DNA of 64,000 nt from Gammaproteobacteria bacterium (GTDB taxonomy: Bacteria; Pseudomonadota; Gammaproteobacteria; Steroidobacterales; Rariloculaceae), in assembly GCA_963664945.1 (NCBI GenBank), contig OY761822.1, forward strand, positions 3,783,162 to 3,847,161, written 5' to 3'. Within the stretch, counting starts at the first letter, position 1. Every line of letters begins with the position of its first letter. Of the stretch, positions 1 to 8,131 are shown one piece after another. The notes under the pieces were generated by a model. That model searched no databases. It saw only the letters and a list, made by a program, of their open reading frames with translations, and was not told where the DNA came from. The position numbers were made by a program, and so were the translations under genes.

Positions 1-1480
1 TCTCGCGGGTGCTTTCCCCGGTCTTGACCACGACGCGCTCGCGCTGCACGCGCAGCGCCTGACGGCGTGCGGGCAGATCGCACCGCCCGTCCCACTTGGC
101 GGGCGTGAGGTCGAAGGCCGCGCAGCGGCGGGTCTCCAGCCGCCCATGGGCCTTGTGCAGCGCCTCGGCGCTCCAGCGCGCCTGGCTCCAGTCGATGTCC
201 GCCAGGTCCTCGCGAATGCTCGGCTGGTTGCCCTTCACGGCGGTGATCGCGTAGTCGGCCTTGCACTCCTCCACCAAGCAGCGCGCCGTGTCGTGTTGGG
301 CGTGGATGGCGTCGAGCGTGACGACGCGCCCGGCGAGGTCCAGTTGCCGCGCCAGTTCGCGCACCGCCGGGATCTCGTTGCTTTTGGCGCCGATGCGCAC
401 CTGCCCGAGCACCAGGCCGCTGCCGTGCTCCACCGCGGCCACCATCATCTGGCGTTCGCCCTCGGTCCGCCTGGAGGCGCCGCGCACGTCCTTGCCGTCC
501 ATGGCCACCGGCGCAAGCCCGGCATGCTGGGCGCTCCAGGCGCGCAGCGCCCGATCCAGAGTGTCCGGCGGCAGCTTCGAGAGGATGTAATGGAAGGTCG
601 AGGCAGCGGGCACTGTGTAGCACTGGCGCGTCGGGCTGAAGAACCCGCCCACCGCACGGCGCTGCGCCTCGTCGAGCCGGGCGGCGAACTCCCCGAACGC
701 GCTCACGCCGCGATACCCGGCCAGGCGCGCCGCGATCATGATCGTCAGGTAGCTCGCCAAGCTGTAGCGCTGCCCGCGCCGTTTGCGAAAATCCTCCATC
801 TCCCCGAGAAAGTCGTGAAGACTGCGCAATTGCCCCGCCGGCATCGGCGCCTCGCGCACCTCCACGGGCTCGCGCCCATCGCGTAGCGCCTCGCGGGCGC
901 CGGCTTCAAGCTCGTACACGTAAACCTCCTTGGGCTGGCCGTGCTCGCGCCACCGCGCCGGGCTGCCGTACACCCGCGAATAACCGCGCGTCAGGCCCAG
1001 CATCCGCCAGTTCGACGCCCGGTAGCAAACCCCCGAAAACCGCGACGGGTCCACGAACGTCTCCGCCAACAGCACCGGGAAACCGTGCATCGCGCGCATG
1101 TCCCCCGACAGCCGGCGCAGACTCAGACCCAGCACCCGAGAGGCCAGGTTGCGTACCTCCCCCTTGCCCACCAGCAACGCGAAACGGCTGTTGTTCGCGA
1201 TCAGCTTCAGCCGCCGAAACTGCCGCTCCGGCGGCCAACCCAGCCACTCGTCCCGAACCCCGACCTTGAACGCGCCCGCCGTCCAGCCCAGCAGCGCAAC
1301 CCGGCTCCCGCCGCATACCGCCACGTGACGCAGCGACTGACCGAACAATCCCTTGTACGGCAAATAGTGAAACTCCCTCATCAGCGCGTCCCAACGCCGC
1401 CGCTCCGCCACGCCGCGCACCGGGCGCACCCACACATCGCGCAACTTCAACCGGCCACGGGAAAACACCGAGATCACCAT
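1..1480 (-). CDS. ISAs1-family DDE transposase with N-terminal DUF4338-like domain (3' end cut by window edge)
   Basis: My own translation of the minus strand from ATG 1480 is open all the way to position 1. It is absent from the ORF track because no stop lies inside the window. N-terminal part: MVISVFSRGRLKLRDVWVRPV...ETFVDPSRFSGVCYRASNW (DUF4338-like). Then RKRRGQRYSLASYLTIMIAARLAGYRG...AMDGKDVRGA...TLDAIHAQHDTARCLVEECKADYAITAVKGNQPS, which are hallmarks of ISAs1/H-repeat transposases. Track ORFs 146..886 and 941..1513 are shadows of this frame. Confidence 0.8.
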   Translation of the reverse strand, partial: MVISVFSRGRLKLRDVWVRPVRGVAERRRWDALMREFHYLPYKGLFGQSLRHVAVCGGSRVALLGWTAGAFKVGVRDEWLGWPPERQFRRLKLIANNSRFALLVGKGEVRNLASRVLGLSLRRLSGDMRAMHGFPVLLAETFVDPSRFSGVCYRASNWRMLGLTRGYSRVYGSPARWREHGQPKEVYVYELEAGAREALRDGREPVEVREAPMPAGQLRSLHDFLGEMEDFRKRRGQRYSLASYLTIMIAARLAGYRGVSAFGEFAARLDEAQRRAVGGFFSPTRQCYTVPAASTFHYILSKLPPDTLDRALRAWSAQHAGLAPVAMDGKDVRGASRRTEGERQMMVAAVEHGSGLVLGQVRIGAKSNEIPAVRELARQLDLAGRVVTLDAIHAQHDTARCLVEECKADYAITAVKGNQPSIREDLADIDWSQARWSAEALHKAHGRLETRRCAAFDLTPAKWDGRCDLPARRQALRVQRERVVVKTGESTRE

Positions 1481-1664
1481 GACCCCCTTTATGCCACAAC
1501 GACTTCTGAATAGCCAGACCTTGCACAGCCTGACCGCTTCCCTCACCGTTTACAGCCTCAGGCTATACGCCCCGACTTTTGGAGAGCCCTGGCCGGGTCC
1601 GCGCCCGCGTGGCTCCACCCAATCCCTGCTGGTACAATTCGCCGTCCTTCCGAGAGGTCCCCAC

Positions 1665-2648
1665 ATGAGCGAGAACGCCGACCCGCATCATCCGACCCTG
1701 CCTCCTGCCCCGCTGGGACTGGCTACCGTCAAGGAACCCGTCACCGGCTACATCGTCTCCAACGACTCGTGCCTCAAGGGCAAATCGGCGAGTTTCGTCA
1801 GGCACACGGCCATCGACATCAGCGGCACGCCGCTTGCAGGACGCTGCCTGGTGGGCCAGGCGTTCGGCGTGCTTGCGCCAGGCGCGGACGAGAGAGGCAA
1901 GCCGCACAAGGTGCGCCTTTACTCCATCGCGTGCCCGGACGATGGCGAAGACGGCGCCGGCTGCGTGATCTCCACCACGACCAAGCGGGTCATTGGCGAA
2001 CGTTATCCGCAGAAGAAGGATGACGACCCGGACGATCACAGCCTGTTCCTGGGCGTGTGCAGCAATTTCATGTGCGACCTGCGACCGGGCGATCCGATCA
2101 AGGTTTCAGGCCCCAACGGCAAGCGATTCCTGCTCCCCACCGCCGGTACGCGGGAGAATCACGACTATGTCTTCGTCGCCACCGGTACGGGTATCGCGCC
2201 GTTTCGCGGCATGGCCATGGAATTGCTGCAACGCAAACCCGTCTCAAGCCAGATTCACCTGGTCATGGGCGCGCCCTATACCACCGACCTCATTTACGAC
2301 GACCTGTTTACGGAACTTGCCGCCGAGCACCCCAACTTCCATTACCACACCGCGATCAGCCGGGAAACGCGGCCGGACGGCCGGCGCGGCCAATACGTGC
2401 ATCACTTGATGGACGAACAGATGGATCTCTTCGGTCCGGTGCTCGCCAACCCGCGGACGCTCCTTTATATCTGCGGGCTGGCCGGCATGCAGAGCGGCCT
2501 GTTCCAGTCCATGGCGAGGCACCGCGTGGGCGACGGCTACTTCACCCTCAAGAAGCAACTGGCCGGCGTGGACCCGGCCGACTGGCAGTTGAGCCAGGTT
2601 CGCCGCGGCGTGCGCTCCACGCCCCGCTGCATGGTCGAGGTGTATTAG
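1665..2648 (+). CDS. ferredoxin-NADP+ reductase, plant-type (FNR)
   Basis: Start moved to internal ATG 1665 (MSENADPHH), preceded by GAGAGG. FAD/NAD(P)-binding motifs present: RLYSIA, GVCSNFMC, FVATGTGIAPFRG, YICGLAGM. Characteristic C-terminal ...VEVY. Confidence 0.85.
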   Translation: MSENADPHHPTLPPAPLGLATVKEPVTGYIVSNDSCLKGKSASFVRHTAIDISGTPLAGRCLVGQAFGVLAPGADERGKPHKVRLYSIACPDDGEDGAGCVISTTTKRVIGERYPQKKDDDPDDHSLFLGVCSNFMCDLRPGDPIKVSGPNGKRFLLPTAGTRENHDYVFVATGTGIAPFRGMAMELLQRKPVSSQIHLVMGAPYTTDLIYDDLFTELAAEHPNFHYHTAISRETRPDGRRGQYVHHLMDEQMDLFGPVLANPRTLLYICGLAGMQSGLFQSMARHRVGDGYFTLKKQLAGVDPADWQLSQVRRGVRSTPRCMVEVY

Positions 2649-2714
2649 GCGTTTGCGCGGTGGGCTCGCTGCGCTGACGCGCAGGGAAGCGGGTTCTTCC
2701 AATCAAGTAGTGAA

Positions 2715-2803
2715 CCCGGCGGCGCCCGCCCGCGGACGCGAGACAGAAAAAGATGATCAGCGCCGCGTAGAGCAGCCCGGCGGCGCCGGCCCGCGGACGC
2801 GAG
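2715..2803. repeat. 28-bp direct repeat x2 (period 61) in convergent intergenic region
   Basis: cccggcggcgcc[c/g]gcccgcggacgcgag at 2715-2742 and 2776-2803, with 1 mismatch. Lies between the 3' ends of FNR (+) and the DUF885-like gene (-). No coding support. Confidence 0.7.
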
Positions 2804-2906
2804 GGAACAAACGACCGCCCTCCAACAGAAAATCAAGAAGTTGCGTGTTTGTTCCATGGAAGCCCGCGCCGTGGAAATTCACGGCTGCATAGCCATTTGC
2901 GATCAA

Positions 2907-4328
2907 TTACTGCGCGGGTTGCGCACCGCCGACGAGTATGGCGACCGAGAACGGCTCCGTCAGCAACTGCTCGAAGAGCGACCATCGCCGCGCCGGGATT
3001 CCGCCGGATTCCCTTTCGACGTAGACGCCCACCAGGTCCTGGCCCAGGCTGTAGTTGATGACGTATGTCCGGTAGGTATCGATGAAGTCCAATGATTGCT
3101 CGGCCTCTTCGACCGAGATGAGTTGGATGCGCTGCAGCCAATCCACCGTTTCCGCTCTTGTCTTGCGGCCATCCAGATAGTCCCGCGCCGCATCGATACG
3201 CGCATAGCCGAGTTCTTCGCGCAAACTCAGATACCGGTAGTAGCGCTCGGCCTGACTCGGGTCGAGGCCGGCCAGCGGGAAGAGCGCCTCCACTTCGTAA
3301 TCGATGCGCTGCTGCCCGGGAAAAGCCAGCTCGATTCCATAGTTGGCGCTGCCCTCGCTGAGCAACGCCGTCGGGCTGTACAACGGATAGACCGAAAATT
3401 CGATCCATCCCCTGCCCCGGTAGAGTTCCCGCTCCACCAGCGAGCCGAACGTGTGGTGTCCCGGGTATCCCTCATGGCAGCCCAGATCGATCGCCCGGTC
3501 GATGTGCCTGGGCAAATCCGTATTGATCTGGATCAGGCTGAAGGCATCGCCCTGGAACCAGTTGTAGCCGCTCCAGGGCTGGTCGGTGACGTACTCGAGC
3601 GTGAAGTCTTCGCCGGGCGGCAATTGGATGTATTCGGCAGTTCGTCGCCGGCACTCGGAGATGGCGGCATCGAAGACCTCGCTCATCCGGTTGGGCGGAA
3701 TGACAAACTGCTCGCGGAAGGCTATCGCGCGCTCACCCAAATCCCCATCACCTGGAAGTATGGAATCGAGTTGTTCCAAAATCGATTCGTAGTGAGCGTC
3801 ATCGTGGTCCGGCGCAACGACCCCGAACACGAGTCGTGTTTCCTCGTCGAACGGCAGGTCGGCGCCGGAGACGACGCCGATACGCGCGGAAAGTGAAATC
3901 AGCAGGTTCTCCAATGCCGTGGCTCGCAGCGTCGCGAGGCGGTCTTCCGATGGCTCCAGAGTGCGCAAGTCCCGCAGCAATTCGTCGGCGCCGGCGCGAA
4001 TGTCGTCCAGCGTGGGGAATCGCCCGGGCGCCGCTTCGGCCACTTCCGGGGCACCGATATAGGCGTCGACGTATCCCGGATCGTGTTCATCCATGGCCAG
4101 AACCAGGTGCGCGTAATCCTCGGCTATGCGATCCAGGGTTGCTGCCGGGAAGGGTTCGCCTGCCGCCTGTTCGGCCGTGCTCGCCGCCTGCTCGGCCGTG
4201 CTCGCGACCTGCCCCGTGGCCGGCACGTCCGTCGCCGCGCCCGGCGGCTCTTCCGGGCCGCACCCGGTCAGCAGGAAGAGGATGCCCAGACCAAAAGGGA
4301 TCGTCGACGAATTTCGTTCTCTTGCCAT
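2907..4328 (-). CDS. DUF885-like lipoprotein (putative metallopeptidase fold)
   Basis: Start moved to ATG 4328 (MARERNSSTIPFGLGILFLLTGC, lipobox LTGC), preceded by GGGGGAAAGGAC. Contains the HEGYPGHH motif typical of the DUF885 family. Confidence 0.75.
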   Translation of the reverse strand: MARERNSSTIPFGLGILFLLTGCGPEEPPGAATDVPATGQVASTAEQAASTAEQAAGEPFPAATLDRIAEDYAHLVLAMDEHDPGYVDAYIGAPEVAEAAPGRFPTLDDIRAGADELLRDLRTLEPSEDRLATLRATALENLLISLSARIGVVSGADLPFDEETRLVFGVVAPDHDDAHYESILEQLDSILPGDGDLGERAIAFREQFVIPPNRMSEVFDAAISECRRRTAEYIQLPPGEDFTLEYVTDQPWSGYNWFQGDAFSLIQINTDLPRHIDRAIDLGCHEGYPGHHTFGSLVERELYRGRGWIEFSVYPLYSPTALLSEGSANYGIELAFPGQQRIDYEVEALFPLAGLDPSQAERYYRYLSLREELGYARIDAARDYLDGRKTRAETVDWLQRIQLISVEEAEQSLDFIDTYRTYVINYSLGQDLVGVYVERESGGIPARRWSLFEQLLTEPFSVAILVGGAQPAQ

Positions 4329-4368
4329 GTCCTTTCCCCCGCCAACCCGATTATCCGCGCTCGCCCGG

Positions 4369-5442
4369 TTACCCGCCTTCGATTCCCAGCAGCCGAGCCG
4401 CATTACCGCCGATGATGGCTTCCTTGTCGGCATCGGTAAGCGCTGCCGCACCACTGACGAAGCCCACCGGATCATACATGCCCATGTCGAAGGGATAGTC
4501 CGTGCCCAGGACGATATGGTCGCTGCCGTAGAGGCCCGCGAGGTATTCCAACTGGTGCTCGGTGAAGACCACCGTGTCGAAGTAGAGGCGCCTCAGATAG
4601 CTGCCGGGCGGCTCCTTGATGCAGCGCCGACAGTCTCCCCTCGCTGCGTGGGCGTGGTCGATGCGGCCCGAGTACGCCGGCAGGAAACCGCCGCCGTGGG
4701 CGACGCAGATCTTGAGCCCGGGGAAACTGTCCAGCACGCCGTCGAAGATCAGGTGGCTGACCGCCACGGTGGAATCCAGCGGGTTGCCGATGACGTTGAT
4801 GAAGTAATGATCGCCCAACCGTGCGCCGTCGGAAAACCCGTTCGGATGGAGAAAAATCAGCGCGTCGAGTTCTTCGGCCCTTGCGAACACGGCCCGAAAG
4901 CGCTCGTGCGAAAGCTCTTCACCGTTCACGTTCGTGCAAAGCTCGATGCCCTTGAACCCAAGGTCGCCGATCACGCGCTCAAGCTCCGCAACGGCCATTT
5001 GGGGGTCCTGCATGGGCAATCCGCCCAGGCCGACAAACCGGTCCGGATGCGCAGCCGCGACCGCGGCGATTTCGTCGTTGATGAGCCGGGTAGCCGTGCG
5101 GCCCAGATCCGGCGGGAGTGCGTAGTAGTACTGCAGCGGAACAGGGGAAATCGCCTGTATGTCGATTCCCATGCTGTCCATGTCCGCCAGGCGCCGGTCC
5201 ATGTCCACAAGCTGTTCGTGAATCGTCTCGGATTGCCGCGCATTGACCTCGCGCGTGGCTTCGTTTGAGAAACGGTGCAGCCCATCGGTCTCCATGTCGA
5301 AAACACCGGCGACCGCCTCGGCCGCTGCCGGTACGTACATATGGCAATGCAGGTCCACGCTGCGCGAACGAGACTTTGAACGCGCAGCCGCCCGTCCGGG
5401 TGCTGTCCCCGAAGCGGGTCCGGGGCTGCAGGAATAGAACAT
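4369..5442 (-). CDS. amidohydrolase_2 family protein (ACMSD/LigW-like metal-dependent hydrolase/decarboxylase)
   Basis: VDLHCHMYVP metal-binding start, ICVAHGGGFLP, and LGTDYPFD near the C-terminus. ATG 5442 is preceded by GGAGG at a 6-nt spacing. Confidence 0.8.
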   Translation of the reverse strand: MFYSCSPGPASGTAPGRAAARSKSRSRSVDLHCHMYVPAAAEAVAGVFDMETDGLHRFSNEATREVNARQSETIHEQLVDMDRRLADMDSMGIDIQAISPVPLQYYYALPPDLGRTATRLINDEIAAVAAAHPDRFVGLGGLPMQDPQMAVAELERVIGDLGFKGIELCTNVNGEELSHERFRAVFARAEELDALIFLHPNGFSDGARLGDHYFINVIGNPLDSTVAVSHLIFDGVLDSFPGLKICVAHGGGFLPAYSGRIDHAHAARGDCRRCIKEPPGSYLRRLYFDTVVFTEHQLEYLAGLYGSDHIVLGTDYPFDMGMYDPVGFVSGAAALTDADKEAIIGGNAARLLGIEGG

Positions 5443-5478
5443 CGGGCGCCTCCGATTCGCGCCGGTACCGGGCCGCCG

Positions 5479-6498
5479 CTAGTTGGAACTCATGTGCTGA
5501 TCGAAGAACGCGATTGCGTCCGTCACCGCCGCCTTCTGGAAGGCGTCCGGTTCGTAGGCGCCCTCGGCATTGCGTTGCACGAAGATGAAACCGTGGTGGT
5601 CATGGTCGTAGGAGCGCCACTGTACGGTCTTGCCGGCCTCTTCCATGAGTTCATAGGCAAGCCTGAACGTCGCCTGGTTGTGATCCCGGTCCCGGCCGGC
5701 GATGAAGATGGGCATGTCGATGGCCCGGATCCGCGCCATGGCCAGTTCCTTGTCGATCTGTCCGCGCATTGCCTCGACTGCGGCAGCCTGCATCTGTGCC
5801 GTGTTGCTCTCTCTGGTTTCGGGTTGCGGCGGCTCGGGCGGTGCGTTGGGATCCGGGGGCAGCGGCGCCAGGTAGTCCATGGCAGCGGGTTCGGCCGCGA
5901 CGCCGGCCCGTAATCCATCGTATGCGGAAGCCACTTTCAGCAGCATTTCGCCACCGTGGCTCACGCCGAGCCAGCCGACTCGATCTGCATCCACATCAGG
6001 CAATTCCCGCACGTATTCCACGATCTCGATGGCATCCTCGTATTCCAGCGGTCCCCGGTTCCACCGGTCGCGGCCCTGAAACTCCCTTACCGTGAGTTGC
6101 GTAGTGAAGGGGGTATCGACCTCGGCCCGATACCGCATCCACACGACCGCATAACCGGCATCGAGAAACGCCTCCAGCGTGCCGCTGCCGTACTGGGTCC
6201 ACTCGCGAATCCAGCGCAGCCCATAGCCGCCGTTCATGTGCGCGAAGACGACCGTCGGGAAGGGGCCCTCCCCGGCAGGTTTCCTGAACCCGATGGGCGC
6301 GTAGACACCGTCCAGCAGTTCCACGAACCGCATTTCCACGGGGATTTCCGAGCCCATGACCGGCTCGACAAGCACCGCCTCCTCCCCGGTGACTCGCTCG
6401 GGCACGAACAGCCACATGGGATCGATGCCGTGGTTTTCCTGTGCGGCGGCGCCCGCGGTGAATACTGCCGTGATGGCAATCCAGAATATGCAGCGCAT
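5479..6498 (-). CDS. secreted alpha/beta hydrolase (dienelactone hydrolase / S9 peptidase-like)
   Basis: Signal peptide MRCIFWIAITAVFTAGAAAQ. Nucleophile elbow GVSHGGEM. C-terminal DHDHHGF region. SD GAGGGT lies upstream. Confidence 0.75.
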   Translation of the reverse strand: MRCIFWIAITAVFTAGAAAQENHGIDPMWLFVPERVTGEEAVLVEPVMGSEIPVEMRFVELLDGVYAPIGFRKPAGEGPFPTVVFAHMNGGYGLRWIREWTQYGSGTLEAFLDAGYAVVWMRYRAEVDTPFTTQLTVREFQGRDRWNRGPLEYEDAIEIVEYVRELPDVDADRVGWLGVSHGGEMLLKVASAYDGLRAGVAAEPAAMDYLAPLPPDPNAPPEPPQPETRESNTAQMQAAAVEAMRGQIDKELAMARIRAIDMPIFIAGRDRDHNQATFRLAYELMEEAGKTVQWRSYDHDHHGFIFVQRNAEGAYEPDAFQKAAVTDAIAFFDQHMSSN

Positions 6499-6682
6499 TT
6501 GTCAGACCCTCGCCCATTGTCCAGTTGTCGGCTCTCCCGCAGGCGCGAACCGCACGGGGAGCGTGGATTTTACCAGCGATGAGCGCAGGCCCGACACCGC
6601 GGCGGAGAACTACTTGCGGCTGATCGAGGCGGACCCGGACCATGTTCGTCGCGCGCTTGTGGCATAACGGGTAGCATCGCAT

Positions 6683-7735
6683 TCAATCCGCCGCACCGAC
6701 GATGCGCCGGGCGGCGGCGAGCAACTCCGCGCCTGTACCGCAATCAATGATCGCGAAGCCCACCGCCGCCAAACGTTCGGGCTCCGAAACGCCCGCCAGC
6801 AGCGCCAACAGATGTTCGCCCGTGTCGGAACCGAACCGGCGAGCCGCCAAACTCCCCAACTGGCGCCGATGGAAATCAAGGCCCTCCTCACGACCCCGCT
6901 CCATCGCCCGCGCGGATATCTGCGCCTCCTTCCGGCGCTCTTGCTCCTTCCACCGCTCCACAGCCAACGACCCCATCGCTTCCACCTCTCCCGCTTCCGC
7001 CATCCGGTCCAACTCGCCGCGCAACGCCTCGTCACCGCCCCCGAACAGACCGAATTCCTTCGTCCACGACTCCCGCGCCCACAGGGTGAACGCCTTGCGC
7101 AACCCCTCATGCTCAGGGCCCGCCAGCACCGCGGCAACCCGGCCCATGATCGCCACCGACTCCTCGAACGTGGCCTGCTCCAGCGCCACCTGCAAGCCGA
7201 CCAAGTTGTCCTCCGGCACATGGCCATGCTCCGCGCGCTGCATGTCCAGGAGCACGTACCGGTTCGCCGGCTGCAGCCGCGACAGCGCCGGAGCCGCCGG
7301 GGCGACCAACTCCACTACGTCCAGCGGCGCCGTCCAAGGCGAGGACCCATTGTAGACCACGAAGGGTATCACCGGAGGCAACGGCGCCATCGCCCGCGCG
7401 TCATCGCCGGACCGGCTCCCACTGCGCAGCAACCCCTCCCAGGCGAGCCCCGTGTAGGTCAAAACCCGCAAGGCCATTCGCCTGTCCACGCCGGACTGAA
7501 ACTCCAACAGCACCAGCACGTGCACCCAGCCGCCGTCCGGCGTCGAACGGGCCCGCAGCCGCCACATCAGGTCGCCCTCGCGCCTCGCCAGTCCCCGTCC
7601 GACGTGAGACGCCAGCAGCGGTTCCAAGGTGTCGAAGTCGAAACCGGGCCACGCCCCGTCCGGCAGGAACCCGCGCAGCAGGTCCGCGACCACGCGCCGG
7701 TGCGAATACTGCAGTTTGTAGGCGGCGTCGTGCAT
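6683..7735 (-). CDS. Rpn (YhgA-like) family recombination-promoting nuclease / putative transposase
   Basis: N-terminus MHDAAYKLQYSHRRVVADLLRGF...DLMWRL...VHVLVLLEFQSGVDRRMALRVLTY is the PD-(D/E)xK core of YhgA/Rpn proteins. The C-terminal ...EGLDFHRRQLGSLAARRFG...ERLAAVGFAIIDC tail is DUF4351-like. Confidence 0.8.
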   Translation of the reverse strand: MHDAAYKLQYSHRRVVADLLRGFLPDGAWPGFDFDTLEPLLASHVGRGLARREGDLMWRLRARSTPDGGWVHVLVLLEFQSGVDRRMALRVLTYTGLAWEGLLRSGSRSGDDARAMAPLPPVIPFVVYNGSSPWTAPLDVVELVAPAAPALSRLQPANRYVLLDMQRAEHGHVPEDNLVGLQVALEQATFEESVAIMGRVAAVLAGPEHEGLRKAFTLWARESWTKEFGLFGGGDEALRGELDRMAEAGEVEAMGSLAVERWKEQERRKEAQISARAMERGREEGLDFHRRQLGSLAARRFGSDTGEHLLALLAGVSEPERLAAVGFAIIDCGTGAELLAAARRIVGAAD

Positions 7736-8131
7736 GGGGTCCTTCCGGGAATTGGTCGAGGCACCTGCGGCACTTGGTCAAGTGCCTCGATTGTACGGAC
7801 CGGGGATGCCAAAGCGGCGTGGCATTTCCTGGCGGAATCGCGAGATTGGTGGCACCCCAGGAAATGTTTTTGCTCGCAACTGCCTTGAAATGCGACGGGG
7901 AGGCAACGCGACCGGTTGTGGCAGGGCAAAGTCACTCCAGACGGGACACGCCCCCGATCTCCCGATATATTGCGAGCCAGGCGTATTGCCGCGCCCACTC
8001 GTAGATTCTGTCGGCCGGAATAGCGCCAGTCACGGCGCTGAGCGCCATGCCTGGCGTACCATAGAGAACGGCGCCTCCGAAGAGACGCCGTTCGTGTTAT
8101 CCGGCTTGTGCCGGGAATCGGTTGAGAAGTA

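Noticed and set aside
146-1526. Track ORFs 146..886 (+), 941..1513 (+) and 906..1526 (-), each 190-246 aa
   Set aside because: Arg/Pro/Ala-rich translations with no motifs. They overlap the uninterrupted ISAs1 transposase frame on the minus strand, so they are high-GC shadow ORFs.
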